The notes beneath the pieces are model-generated. The model saw only the letters and a list, made by a program, of their open reading frames with translations, ran no database searches and was not told the origin of the DNA. From the IMG/VR virus record IMGVR_UViG_3300014204_000136: a stretch of DNA of 37,083 bases. One strand, given 5' to 3'. The first letter of the stretch is position 1; each line of letters begins with the position of its first letter. This DNA is from an uncultured virus (IMG/VR IMGVR_UViG_3300014204_000136). Taxonomy: Duplodnaviria > Heunggongvirae > Uroviricota > Caudoviricetes. This document shows positions 11,459 through 22,181 of the stretch, in pieces. The translations under genes and the position numbers were made by a program.

Positions 11459-13294
11459 TTAGTCATTTTCTTTTGTTCTAAACAGTAAGTTTGTTTTATC
11501 ATCATCAGGATTTCTACCTGCTATAGGACGATATACCTGACCTAATGCTAGGTTGTATAAATCATTGAAAGTAGCAACTCCTAATGATTCTTCCTTACCA
11601 TCTTTTTTAACTAAACTTGCATTTAATTTAATGCCTATATAAGGTTTACCATCTTTATAACTATAAGTATATTCTGGTTTAACTCTAATTAAATCTTGAT
11701 TGGCATTATAAAACATATCAACAGCATCCTTTCTACCAGATTTTATTACATTCTTTAATGTAAACATTGACTCATATGCTTGTCTAATATCATCATCCCC
11801 TGATATCATTACATCTCCTTGTTTAAGAGCCTCTGTCCATTTATTTGTTTTACCCTTACTGGATAAAGCACTCATTGAATACCATCCCGCAACATCACCG
11901 TTCATAGATGGTCCTGTAATTTTTATTGCAGATTTTGAAGGATTACCCATTATTTCTGCTGCTTCATCAACAGTATAACCTAAATGTCCAAAAAACTCTT
12001 CTACTGGTAATTCTTGTCTTAATGAAGATATGTATACTTTTCTACCAGATATTGACTGGGCAACACTAGTATTTAATTGATCTTGTACTTGCTGGTTGTC
12101 TGTTCTATATCTCATTGATTGAGATTTATTCCAATTCTTCCTAGCCTGTTCATAATTCTTAACTATTTCTTTATCTGGAAGTCTTTCTAACATATTTGGT
12201 TTACCATCTTTGCCCATAGCAAATGCCGCATTTGGAAACTTTTGAATTATCTTACCAGCAGCATTACTATACATTTTATTGGCCATCTCATTACTTGCTA
12301 CACTATAGTCAGAGGCATCATATCCAGCTCCACCAGACATTGCAGCCTTACCTGCAGCTTCTATAGCATTCTTCGTTAATTGAGAATCTAAAAATCCCGT
12401 AACATCACCAACACCTGCTGGATCTACATTTAGACCATCACCAGGAATTTCTTGCCCTATAGTACTGAATACATTTGGTAACTTATCACTACCATTACCT
12501 TGTAGATTTTCAGGTAATACTTGATCATGGTGCATTTGATATTTAGTAGAATAATCATCCATAATAGTTTTCATTATCTGAGTATCACTCATATCACCAG
12601 ATAATTCAGGATTCTGTTTCCTAAATAGTTTTATTTCTGTCATACCTTGAGGAGTAGTCGTAAGTGATTGTGCATAAGAATCTGATATTTTATTCAATTG
12701 ACCACGAGTAATGGATTGTCTTAATACATTAACACCACCAACATTAACAACATTAGATACATCTGGTTCTATACCTTTATAATATTCATCTAACCAAGTA
12801 GCCTTATCTTCATATGCACTAGGCATATAATCATATATAGCGTTTGCACTATCCCATTTAGAAGTTAAAGATGGATCTTCATCTAATAAAGAATTATATT
12901 TATTTTGTAATTTCAGTTGTGCCTTAGCCTTTTCTTTAACATCCCAAGCGGATCTACTTTGTTCTATCCTACGTATACGTTCAGCAGTACCAGCTCTTTT
13001 AAGTGTACCAACAACCTTAGCATACTCAACTGGATTAGTTAAGTCACTAGTCATACTCTGTTCAGCAAGTGTATTAAGCATAGGAATATATTCACCCCTA
13101 ATATAATCTTCATCTACAGAACCAGGTATATAATTAACGAGCGAATATTGATCATATAGTTTATTAGCTAGATCTTGTTTTCGCATTAAGTCTTCCTGAC
13201 GTTGCATACCAAGACCAGTAATCTGATCTAATGGTAGTGGCACAAAGGTATTAAAATAATGATCTTGTGCGGGTGTGTCGTATCTATTTAACAT
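11459..13294 (-). CDS. Cargo/internal virion (ejection) protein, 611 aa
   Basis: N-terminus MLNRYDTPAQDHYFNTFVPLPL resembles the NR(F/Y)D...(Y/F)VPLP start of crAss-like cargo proteins. Helical composition; lies between the first cargo gene and the virion RNAP. Confidence 0.7.
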   Translation of the reverse strand: MLNRYDTPAQDHYFNTFVPLPLDQITGLGMQRQEDLMRKQDLANKLYDQYSLVNYIPGSVDEDYIRGEYIPMLNTLAEQSMTSDLTNPVEYAKVVGTLKRAGTAERIRRIEQSRSAWDVKEKAKAQLKLQNKYNSLLDEDPSLTSKWDSANAIYDYMPSAYEDKATWLDEYYKGIEPDVSNVVNVGGVNVLRQSITRGQLNKISDSYAQSLTTTPQGMTEIKLFRKQNPELSGDMSDTQIMKTIMDDYSTKYQMHHDQVLPENLQGNGSDKLPNVFSTIGQEIPGDGLNVDPAGVGDVTGFLDSQLTKNAIEAAGKAAMSGGAGYDASDYSVASNEMANKMYSNAAGKIIQKFPNAAFAMGKDGKPNMLERLPDKEIVKNYEQARKNWNKSQSMRYRTDNQQVQDQLNTSVAQSISGRKVYISSLRQELPVEEFFGHLGYTVDEAAEIMGNPSKSAIKITGPSMNGDVAGWYSMSALSSKGKTNKWTEALKQGDVMISGDDDIRQAYESMFTLKNVIKSGRKDAVDMFYNANQDLIRVKPEYTYSYKDGKPYIGIKLNASLVKKDGKEESLGVATFNDLYNLALGQVYRPIAGRNPDDDKTNLLFRTKEND

Positions 13295-13299
13295 AAATA

Positions 13300-15972
13300 T
13301 TAATTGTAATTTTCTAAGTAATCAAGATTGAGCCATTGGTTAAAATACGGATTTGTATTACCTAATGTCTTTAGATAAGCATTCTGAGATGCCAACTGAT
13401 TACGCATTTGTAATTTATTGAGACCATATTGCTGTGCACCACTTGCTGCAGCTGCTAAATAATTTCTGCGTGAAGCCGTATTGCGTGCATTTATATCATC
13501 TGATATAGCAAGAGCTTGAGCATTACCAGCACCAAGACTATAATCCATTTGAGCCTGTTCTCCTAAGTACTGATTATTAATATTGTTTTGTTGTGAATAA
13601 GCACCTGCATCAGCCATATGCCTTGCATTAAGACCTGCTATCATATTAGATATAGCCAATGCCCTATTACCACCAGCACTATTCATTACATTCCTATTAT
13701 AGATGGCATTACCTGCACGATTTGAAGCAAGTATAGGATCTATATTATAACGTCTGTTGGCCATATTGGCACGTATCTGACTTGTATAAGGATTGTAATA
13801 TCTGTCTGATGCAACCTTCTCTGGTTTATTAAATATAGCAGAACCTAAGTTATATAACATAGGGGCCATAGATGCAGCACCTAAAGCAGTCTTACCCCAA
13901 TTAACATTCTTAGCACGACCCATTAAACTTATACCAGTATTTGGGTTGAGTTTATTACCTTGATTATAAGAAGGCATATTTGACAATTGAGATGACTGTA
14001 GTGGTTTAGCTACAGATGGTAATTTAATATTGGTATCACCATAAACATCTGAGGTTAAACCATTACCCATGAAATCAAAATCATTACTATATTGTACATT
14101 CTTAGCATAATTTATAGGTGGGACTTTTATACCAGCCCATGCCTTAGGTACACCAGTACCCTGCTGTTTGCTAACACCCATTGCTTGTTGTTTATTAAAC
14201 AAGTCTTGAGATAACCTTAACATATTTTCTTTATTTAATTTAGCAGTTGACTTCTGTAGATTTGTACTATCTTTACTTGTTAATGTCTTATCTGCTTTGT
14301 CTAATATCTTTTTATATTTACTTGCTTGTTTAGCAAATGTTACACCATCTTTGAATTTTAATCTATCACTAAAGATTTCTGTCCCAGGCATGAATGATTT
14401 AAAGTTGTCACCTTGTGTATTTTCATGGGATGCTAGATCATATTGTTCCATTTCACCATTAGGAGATAGAGCAACTTCACCCTTTTCTATTTCAGCATTT
14501 ACACCAGTAGTACCACCCATAGCAAATGTAGCAATACCATTACCATAATCCTGTAGACCTGCATTGAATGCTTCAGCGCCAGCAAGTTGACCCTCCATAC
14601 GTCTAGCGTCCATTTTTGCTTGCTTAGCTTCCTGATTAGCTAATGCACCAGTAGCAAAAGGTGCTATAAATTTAAGAGCAGTCTCACCAGTAACTTTACC
14701 ATGTTTAACATCACCAAATGCAGATGTTGTAGATGATAATGGATTAAAGAACCCTGCAGCAGTTGCCCTAGCATTACTACCTTTCCTAACACCATATTCA
14801 TCTTCTGGAGCAATGGCATTAGAAACACCTTCCCCTATACCTTTAAATAGACCAACTATAGGAATACTACCAGCAGCATTTGCAATATTCTGACCAGTCT
14901 GTTTGTCTTGGTAATAATCCATATTACCCATTACACCACCATATGCAAATTGTCTTGTTTTTTTATTTGATTTATTTACAATAAATTTATTTTTACTATT
15001 TTTATAGATATCATTTCTAAGTTCGTACATTGCATCTATTTCATCATAATATTTTTTATCTTGTGTTTTAATCATTATATCCCATAAAGAATCTATTTTG
15101 TTATCATATTCCTTATATTTATTATAATCTGGATTATCTTGATAATAAACTCTATCATAAATTTCTGGGGTATTATCTAAATATCTATTAACTATAGGTT
15201 TATTAAAATCATATTTATCATAATAAGAAACATATTTTCCATTTTCATCTTCTCCTCTAGAAATTGTATAACTGGCTAAACCATGTGTATTTTTTATATT
15301 TGTACTTGGAATCATGCCTTCCCTAATAACTTTAGATGTTTCTGTAGAATCTAAATTAGACATAACATTATTTAAAAATTCCTGTTCGTCTAAATCTTTT
15401 ATTCTTACATAAGAAGAATTTTTATCCTTTGACTTCGATGGTTTATATAAGGAAGGTTCAATATAATCAAAAGGCCCACTATATCCTAATGCGTTTTTGA
15501 ATAATTCAGATCCTGCTCCAGTATTAGGACCATATAATCGCAACAAATCTTCATTTGTAGTATCTTTAGGATTTATAATTTGTTTGAATGCCGAAATCAT
15601 AGCCCCCCTATTTTCTGGATATTCATATTGAGGGACTCTTTCGTATATTTTTTTATCTAATTTTGTAAATTTACCTTTTGTAGGAATATGAGTATTCATA
15701 TAATTAATACCAAATCCTGTATAATCTGGTTTCTCTATAGATTCACTACTTAAATCCTGTCTTACAATAGGAGTATTACTAACAACACCACCATCTGGAT
15801 GTTTCCATCCCCTTGCATTAATAGCAAATGTTAATTTCTTTTTCATAGCAGGGCTAGCATTCTTCTTCTTTGCTTTCATAGCACTGATAGATAACTTCTG
15901 CCCTTTCTTAGCGTGCATTGCGCTACGTAAGCTACCTACTTTAGATGGTTTAATTTTAATATTACTAGCCAT
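13300..15972 (-). CDS. Cargo protein 1-like internal virion protein, 890 aa
   Basis: Basic N-terminal module (IKIKPSKVGSL...KKKLTFAINARGWKHPDGG), FAYGG/FAMGG motifs, NAEIEKGEV...SHE...IFSDRL motif and Ala/Asn/Gln-rich helical C-terminus. Directly follows the muzzle gene, as in crAss-like phages. Confidence 0.75.
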   Translation of the reverse strand: MASNIKIKPSKVGSLRSAMHAKKGQKLSISAMKAKKKNASPAMKKKLTFAINARGWKHPDGGVVSNTPIVRQDLSSESIEKPDYTGFGINYMNTHIPTKGKFTKLDKKIYERVPQYEYPENRGAMISAFKQIINPKDTTNEDLLRLYGPNTGAGSELFKNALGYSGPFDYIEPSLYKPSKSKDKNSSYVRIKDLDEQEFLNNVMSNLDSTETSKVIREGMIPSTNIKNTHGLASYTISRGEDENGKYVSYYDKYDFNKPIVNRYLDNTPEIYDRVYYQDNPDYNKYKEYDNKIDSLWDIMIKTQDKKYYDEIDAMYELRNDIYKNSKNKFIVNKSNKKTRQFAYGGVMGNMDYYQDKQTGQNIANAAGSIPIVGLFKGIGEGVSNAIAPEDEYGVRKGSNARATAAGFFNPLSSTTSAFGDVKHGKVTGETALKFIAPFATGALANQEAKQAKMDARRMEGQLAGAEAFNAGLQDYGNGIATFAMGGTTGVNAEIEKGEVALSPNGEMEQYDLASHENTQGDNFKSFMPGTEIFSDRLKFKDGVTFAKQASKYKKILDKADKTLTSKDSTNLQKSTAKLNKENMLRLSQDLFNKQQAMGVSKQQGTGVPKAWAGIKVPPINYAKNVQYSNDFDFMGNGLTSDVYGDTNIKLPSVAKPLQSSQLSNMPSYNQGNKLNPNTGISLMGRAKNVNWGKTALGAASMAPMLYNLGSAIFNKPEKVASDRYYNPYTSQIRANMANRRYNIDPILASNRAGNAIYNRNVMNSAGGNRALAISNMIAGLNARHMADAGAYSQQNNINNQYLGEQAQMDYSLGAGNAQALAISDDINARNTASRRNYLAAAASGAQQYGLNKLQMRNQLASQNAYLKTLGNTNPYFNQWLNLDYLENYN

Positions 15973-18900
15973 TATCTATATGATTTTCTATAACTTACAC
16001 CTATATTTTCAAATACGACTCGTTGTGAATATACACTATCTGTCGTATTTGTTGGTGTTGTTATTTTACATGTTAAATATTTATCTCGCATTCTCTCCCT
16101 ATAATCTGTTCGTGTAGGAGTTAAAGTTTCTATTTCTGGATTAAGATATTGAGAACCATAAACAGTCCTTACTGCATTCCTTGGAATATAAGTAGTCCAT
16201 AATCTTTCTCTGCGATCGATTTCTAAATTTGTAGGAACTATCAAAGTTCCTGTGTTCTGATATGTATTATTAAATGCTATACTATATATAGGACATATAT
16301 CCTGATAATCGTATTCAGCATAATCTTTTTTATAAGTAGTATTGGCTTTTGGATAATAGGTTATATTACCTTGGAAAAATAAATTATCAAATACCTTTGT
16401 CTCACTATAGTAAGGATTAAATAACAATGTTAATTTAGATGGATAGTTACCGGATGCACTCGCATAAGTAAGTCCATAGAAATTATTTCTGCATTGTATA
16501 CCTTCATCTACATTATGCACAAATAATAAATTTGCGGGATATTGTAATGTACTATCATTAGGATTAAATATAGTATTTGTTAAAAAAGTATTTTTATAAG
16601 GTATATATATATTTGGTACAAATGTATAATTAGAAGTGAACTGATCGTATACCTCATTGAGACATATAGTAAATGGTTTATTCACAGCATACTCTGTAGT
16701 ACCAGGAGATGTTATAGTACCATTCTCGTAATTAGCAAATGTAAATAATATTTCGTTATTTGCTCTATCTTGAACAGATATATACTTTGGCCAATCTACA
16801 ATATCCTTATCTACTTCTAATACACTCTTTACACCTTTATTAGTACTTAAGTCTAATAAACTATTTGCAAATCTATTTATATTTCTTTTGTCCCTATCAA
16901 CCCAATATAAACCATTAGAACCACCAACTACAGAAAATTTATCTGTACAACCATTCATTAAAGAAAGATAATCGTATCTCTCTAACTTACCACCAGTACC
17001 CAATACTAATTTAGCACTTGAGTTATCCTGTATAACAGAACGATCGTTTATTGCTACACGTCCAAAGGATTTATCTTGCCAGAAGAATACAATACCATTA
17101 TAGTTATATAATGCATTTAAAGAACCATATTCACTATCTACTTCTATAAAGTCGTTTACACCAAATTTAGTCCACGAATCTACACTCTCACCATTTATCT
17201 TTGTATTAGATGCTTTAATTTGACAATCAAATACAGTCTCCTTTAATACACTTTCATCTACACATATCTGAGATGCAAATAATGGTTGTTGAGAATATAC
17301 TGTATTATAAGAATAAAGATTTTCTTTTTGCTCATATATACGAGTAGTGTCAGTCGAATCATTATAACATGAATGAGCACCCATTTCTTCTTGTTGAAAT
17401 TGCGCAAGCAAATTATTGTGTACTATATGGAATCCTTCTTTATCATATCTTAAATTACAATTTATAGAAGATTCAAAAGGTATATATAGAGCTTGGTGAC
17501 ATGAATTTGCCCATGCACCAGCACTACCAGAATGTTCTTTCAAATCAAATAGTAGACTAGCTATATCTAAGTATGATATATAAGTATCACCATATTCACA
17601 TTTATAAGTAGTATTATCTGCTATCATTAATTCTGAACACGGTATTGAACTATTATTAATTCTAGCCTCATATGTATTACCACCATACTGACTATTCCAA
17701 CATTGAGATTTATAATTTATTATTGGTAATTTAATACCTTCTATATTAAAACTATTATTATCATATTGGACTGCCAGACCAGTACAACCCATTGCGTCTA
17801 CAGTATCTGTAGCGACTGAGGTAAAAGCATAATTTTGAAATGTATAACCACCAATATTTACACCAGCTCCCATTTTTGTTATCGGTACAATACTAACAGA
17901 ATCCTTTATATCACTTCTATCATTTGCAGCTAATGAACTTTTAGTAAGATTTTGTACTGCTTTTAAATAAAAGAAATTACCATCTGCACTAGTATCATAA
18001 TCTTGTACTACACAAGTAGCAAGCGTGTCATAACTACCAACATATTCAAGATAGTCACTAGTTTGGTTAACAATATTTTTATTTACTAATATTTCTGGTG
18101 ATATGAGTTTTATTAAATTTTCATTATCTGTACTATAAGTTGGTATATCATCTGTAACATCATTTAAACCATATGTCTTAACATCAGCTTCACCACAACC
18201 AATTGCTACACATTGTGTAACAACTTGCCTATCCATTCTATTACGAGGTACTCTATATATTTGAGCAGATACTGCATCAGTTGGCCAACAACCATCTTTA
18301 ATCTCTGCAGTTAAATATAACCTAATACTTTCTGTTGTTGTTACAGGTGTACCTTGTCTCACTAACACACCGTACGTAGTACTCTGCATACTTGGAACCC
18401 TAAAATCACATATCCATTTTGGATTTGCATACTGACCTCTATTATTTCTAAACACTATAAATATCCTATACACTTCATCCCTCTGCCAACTTAATTTACC
18501 AGCATTAAACGGACTAGCATAGTTAGTAAAAGAACCTACAGTATCAAGTTTTGCATTATATGTTTTAGCATCAGTATTGACTGTATCAATATCAAATTCC
18601 TCAGTACCAATACCTATTAAAATATTTGGTCCCTCTGCACCGATTGTAATACCATCTGATTGATATTTAAATTGGTATAATGCATTAAAATCATTGTCTG
18701 GATTATTATAATTATTTATACAATCATGTGTATCATCTAATATAGACCAGTTAGATAATGAACTATTAATAACCCTATTACCAAAATTAACATCAGTTAC
18801 TATTGATTCTATTACACTAGTACCAGTGCCAGTATATGTATATGTTATAGATAACTCAATCCATATACTACTTAATATTACTGGTTCATAAAAAAATAAT

Positions 18901-20486
18901 TGATCAATAGTTGATACATTCATTAATGTTGTAGGATTTGTATATGTATATGTAATACCACTTAACCCTGAATCATCATCTAACATTGCATTACGTGGTA
19001 TACCATCAGAATCATAATAATATATATGTATATGCCTGCACGTCATACTACTTATACCAGTAATAGTTCTTGATGTAGGTATGCCAAAAGAATCATATGT
19101 ATCTGGTAAATTTATAGTAAAATCATAATCTGATAATTTTAAGAAACCACTTAATTGATCATCTGTATATAAATCTATAATATTAGTTATCGTTTCAGAA
19201 CTAGTTGTTGTATCAGCATAATTCCTAAACCTTACAGCACGAGCATCAAAATTGTCTATAGTGAAATCATTCTTTGTTATATTACCTGCAAATAAAGTAT
19301 TATCTTTAGATGTTATGTCCTCACATTTAAATAATTCAGTAGACATAATATTAAATTCATCTACTGTTAATTCACCATATGTATTTCCAATATCTATTAC
19401 AGATGCAGTTGTCAAACCTGTTATTGATATTTCAGATGCAATTGATATAGATGGAGTTGCACTATAAGATGGATAATATATCCTCAATAATTGTAATTTA
19501 TCAAATCCAGTATTTCCTGTTAAATCAATAGTTAACCTAAAACCTTTGGTCTTTATAGGAACCATTCCATCACCATTATAATTTACATCATTTGATAGAT
19601 AATCATCATCTGTAACTACATGAACAGGATCACTAATTGGTGATATAGCGGAACTTGCACCATTCTTCATTACAAGCATGTATGCATAATACACCATACC
19701 AGTTGGTATATTACCAGGTAATATCTCTGAAACTACGGGTTTAGTAAAACTTACTATTGGTAATAACTCAAATTTATCAACACCCCAATAATCATTTAAT
19801 GTATAATCACTACCAGTTGTAGTAGCATATTTACTTATATTAATATACCTTAAATTATTATAACCGTCGGTCCAATAAACTTTTTGAATATTAGGAGTTT
19901 CATACCTACCTATTGCCTTTATTGGATTCTCAGTACTAAATAGTAAATATGAGCCATCTACATTTAATGTATCATCATATAATAATTTTATAGAAGATAT
20001 GGTTTCATAATAGTTACCAGACAACACTAATTTATATATCTGTGATTGTCCAGCAATAGGTGTAGCACTTGTATTGTTTGTAGTAAATAGTATTATAGAA
20101 TCTCTTAATTCACAACCACCTATTACATATTGCCCAATAGGAATACCATATGTTGTTATATCAACAACGTAACCAGTACCAGTAAAACTTGTAATGCCAA
20201 CAACACAAGTAAAGGATTGATAGGTAGTATATATTATAGAGTTATATATGATTGAACCATTCGTAACAAGATATACCCTACCAGCAACTAATACAGTTGT
20301 ATTGTTAGTTGCAAAACTACCAATAAATTTATTACCTTTTATATTTTCTATGGCACCAGTAGTACTAAATCCTGAACTAACAGGTCTAAAGTTTTCAGCA
20401 TGTAGATATTGTTGATTATCTAAAAATTGATAATCGACATCTTTAACCATACCTTTGGTAAAACCATTTATAACTTTTTCACTCAT
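15972..20486 (-). CDS. Muzzle / tail stabilization protein (P22 gp10-like), 1504 aa
   Basis: Motifs FTKGMVKD...YLHAENFR...GAIENIKGN, KVYWTDGYNNLRYINI, SWQRDEVYRIFIVF, GDTYI, SNTKINGESVDSWTKF and RMRDKYL, typical of crAss-like muzzle proteins. Size and position fit. Confidence 0.85.
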   Translation of the reverse strand: MSEKVINGFTKGMVKDVDYQFLDNQQYLHAENFRPVSSGFSTTGAIENIKGNKFIGSFATNNTTVLVAGRVYLVTNGSIIYNSIIYTTYQSFTCVVGITSFTGTGYVVDITTYGIPIGQYVIGGCELRDSIILFTTNNTSATPIAGQSQIYKLVLSGNYYETISSIKLLYDDTLNVDGSYLLFSTENPIKAIGRYETPNIQKVYWTDGYNNLRYINISKYATTTGSDYTLNDYWGVDKFELLPIVSFTKPVVSEILPGNIPTGMVYYAYMLVMKNGASSAISPISDPVHVVTDDDYLSNDVNYNGDGMVPIKTKGFRLTIDLTGNTGFDKLQLLRIYYPSYSATPSISIASEISITGLTTASVIDIGNTYGELTVDEFNIMSTELFKCEDITSKDNTLFAGNITKNDFTIDNFDARAVRFRNYADTTTSSETITNIIDLYTDDQLSGFLKLSDYDFTINLPDTYDSFGIPTSRTITGISSMTCRHIHIYYYDSDGIPRNAMLDDDSGLSGITYTYTNPTTLMNVSTIDQLFFYEPVILSSIWIELSITYTYTGTGTSVIESIVTDVNFGNRVINSSLSNWSILDDTHDCINNYNNPDNDFNALYQFKYQSDGITIGAEGPNILIGIGTEEFDIDTVNTDAKTYNAKLDTVGSFTNYASPFNAGKLSWQRDEVYRIFIVFRNNRGQYANPKWICDFRVPSMQSTTYGVLVRQGTPVTTTESIRLYLTAEIKDGCWPTDAVSAQIYRVPRNRMDRQVVTQCVAIGCGEADVKTYGLNDVTDDIPTYSTDNENLIKLISPEILVNKNIVNQTSDYLEYVGSYDTLATCVVQDYDTSADGNFFYLKAVQNLTKSSLAANDRSDIKDSVSIVPITKMGAGVNIGGYTFQNYAFTSVATDTVDAMGCTGLAVQYDNNSFNIEGIKLPIINYKSQCWNSQYGGNTYEARINNSSIPCSELMIADNTTYKCEYGDTYISYLDIASLLFDLKEHSGSAGAWANSCHQALYIPFESSINCNLRYDKEGFHIVHNNLLAQFQQEEMGAHSCYNDSTDTTRIYEQKENLYSYNTVYSQQPLFASQICVDESVLKETVFDCQIKASNTKINGESVDSWTKFGVNDFIEVDSEYGSLNALYNYNGIVFFWQDKSFGRVAINDRSVIQDNSSAKLVLGTGGKLERYDYLSLMNGCTDKFSVVGGSNGLYWVDRDKRNINRFANSLLDLSTNKGVKSVLEVDKDIVDWPKYISVQDRANNEILFTFANYENGTITSPGTTEYAVNKPFTICLNEVYDQFTSNYTFVPNIYIPYKNTFLTNTIFNPNDSTLQYPANLLFVHNVDEGIQCRNNFYGLTYASASGNYPSKLTLLFNPYYSETKVFDNLFFQGNITYYPKANTTYKKDYAEYDYQDICPIYSIAFNNTYQNTGTLIVPTNLEIDRRERLWTTYIPRNAVRTVYGSQYLNPEIETLTPTRTDYRERMRDKYLTCKITTPTNTTDSVYSQRVVFENIGVSYRKSYR

Positions 20487-20488
20487 TT

Positions 20489-21409
20489 CTAATTATGATT
20501 ATAGTAATGTTGTGCCTGTCCGAGTGTTGAGAAACCAGAATTATGTTCATTGATTTCTGGTACTAATCTAACCCAGGCATTCTTAATACTTTCAAGTTTA
20601 TCTATATCTGGCATTAATGCATCACCATATGCTTGTTTGCAATAGTAATTCCATTCTCGCCTAGCATCATAATATACTGCGTCACGAACTTGACCTGCAC
20701 ACCACTGAGGATACATTAACTTCATATTGATATACCAGTATATTGCTTCCTTAAAACTTATTTCATCTGGTATCATAGGATAACCTTCACAATCTGTAGG
20801 TATAGCAAGATACGATAACATTATATAACCAGTCTCAATATTAGTTTTAATGTAACCATTTGCTATAACATATGTGACGTCTTCTGTAGTATACAATGGT
20901 GCTAATTCTTTTAAAGAAGAACTAGTCTGACTAGCATATGCATTTGCTAACATGTTTGCAATTAAAGTACGTTTAGCAGGATTAGAATTTAGATATGTTA
21001 CTGCGTCATCATAATCAAGACCATATAAACTTTCAGCCATTGTTATTATATCTGACTCTGGAGCAGTTACACTTGTAACTGTAATATCTGTTGAATCACC
21101 ATGATTATCAAAATTACTTGTATTAGTCCTCATTGGTATAAATGGACCAGTACTTGTTGTAGAGTATGATGCCTGTACTAATGAATGAAAATCACATGGT
21201 AACTTAACTATATAATCTTCTATAACAAGTAATGGAGTACCTTCTAAACCAGTAACCTTATTTTCAAATGATGGAAATGCCCCAATCTTCTCAAGTGCCT
21301 CGGCGCCCCACTCCACCATGTCTGATATACGGTGCGTACTCTCTTGTAGATTTAAGTCTGTAAAGACTTTTGCTATAACAGTCTTTATGCTTGTTAATTT
21401 ATAAATCAT
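20489..21409 (-). CDS. Tail tubular / ring protein (P22 gp4-like), 306 aa
   Basis: YKLTSIKTVIAKVFTDL...EWGAEALEKIG...LPCDF...YLAIPTDCEGYPMIPD...FKEAIYWYI motifs; directly upstream of the muzzle gene. Confidence 0.85.
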   Translation of the reverse strand: MIYKLTSIKTVIAKVFTDLNLQESTHRISDMVEWGAEALEKIGAFPSFENKVTGLEGTPLLVIEDYIVKLPCDFHSLVQASYSTTSTGPFIPMRTNTSNFDNHGDSTDITVTSVTAPESDIITMAESLYGLDYDDAVTYLNSNPAKRTLIANMLANAYASQTSSSLKELAPLYTTEDVTYVIANGYIKTNIETGYIMLSYLAIPTDCEGYPMIPDEISFKEAIYWYINMKLMYPQWCAGQVRDAVYYDARREWNYYCKQAYGDALMPDIDKLESIKNAWVRLVPEINEHNSGFSTLGQAQHYYNHN

Positions 21410-21414
21410 ATATA

Positions 21415-21714
21415 TTATTTATTTCTAGTAAGCATACTAGCAAATTGATCTATAGGATTATCTGTTTCATCTTTATCTAAAGGATTTACTTCAGAGTATA
21501 ATTTTCTATGATCACTAATATACTTCTCTTTTTTACTATCTTTATTTTCATAACCATAACGAGATAAAGTTACAAGATAACCACCATTATCTAATTCCTC
21601 TACATTGATCTCTTTAGTTATATCTCCATTCTTGATCGTCTGTGACCAAGTCTTAGCTTTCTTATCCTTAAATACTGAATCAGACGGAGTAGCTTTTAAT
21701 TCTTTACTCTTCAT
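21415..21714 (-). CDS. Hypothetical protein, 99 aa
   Basis: Fills the gap between the IHF-like and ring genes, with a TAATG overlap at 21714. Confidence 0.75.
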   Translation of the reverse strand: MKSKELKATPSDSVFKDKKAKTWSQTIKNGDITKEINVEELDNGGYLVTLSRYGYENKDSKKEKYISDHRKLYSEVNPLDKDETDNPIDQFASMLTRNK

Positions 21715-22181
21715 TATTTTTCAAAATAATCTATTGTTTTTTCTTTAATACACTTAGCAACTTTACGTTTGTTTGTCCTCGTGTATACTAACCTATATAA
21801 ATATAAATTATGAAAGATACTGGTTAGTTTAGACCATTTCATTTCATATTTATAACCATCAGAATGTTCATTAAAATTATATATAACCTTACCATGTTGA
21901 GTGGTCATTTGCCAATCTATCGGTGGTCTATTATTATAATCTAATTTCTTTTTCTCTATGTATGTATCACCCAATCTGAAAGGCATCCTAAATAGTTCAC
22001 CTTCGTTTATTATCTTACTAGAAACTTCCTTATAAAACAAACCCACTATCTTAGCGTATTCGTTGTACGTAACATAGTAGGTTGAATCTATAGGAATATC
22101 TTTTATATAATCTTTATAAAAGTCAGGAAGAACATATGGATGTTGAATAGTATTCTTCCCTCTACCATAAAATTTTGACAT
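21714..22181 (-). CDS. IHF/HU-like DNA-binding protein of the crAss tail module, 155 aa
   Basis: IINEGELFRMPFRLGDTYI (HU-like arm) and IDWQMT...IYNFNEHSDGY motif; sits between two ring genes. Confidence 0.75.
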   Translation of the reverse strand: MSKFYGRGKNTIQHPYVLPDFYKDYIKDIPIDSTYYVTYNEYAKIVGLFYKEVSSKIINEGELFRMPFRLGDTYIEKKKLDYNNRPPIDWQMTTQHGKVIYNFNEHSDGYKYEMKWSKLTSIFHNLYLYRLVYTRTNKRKVAKCIKEKTIDYFEK

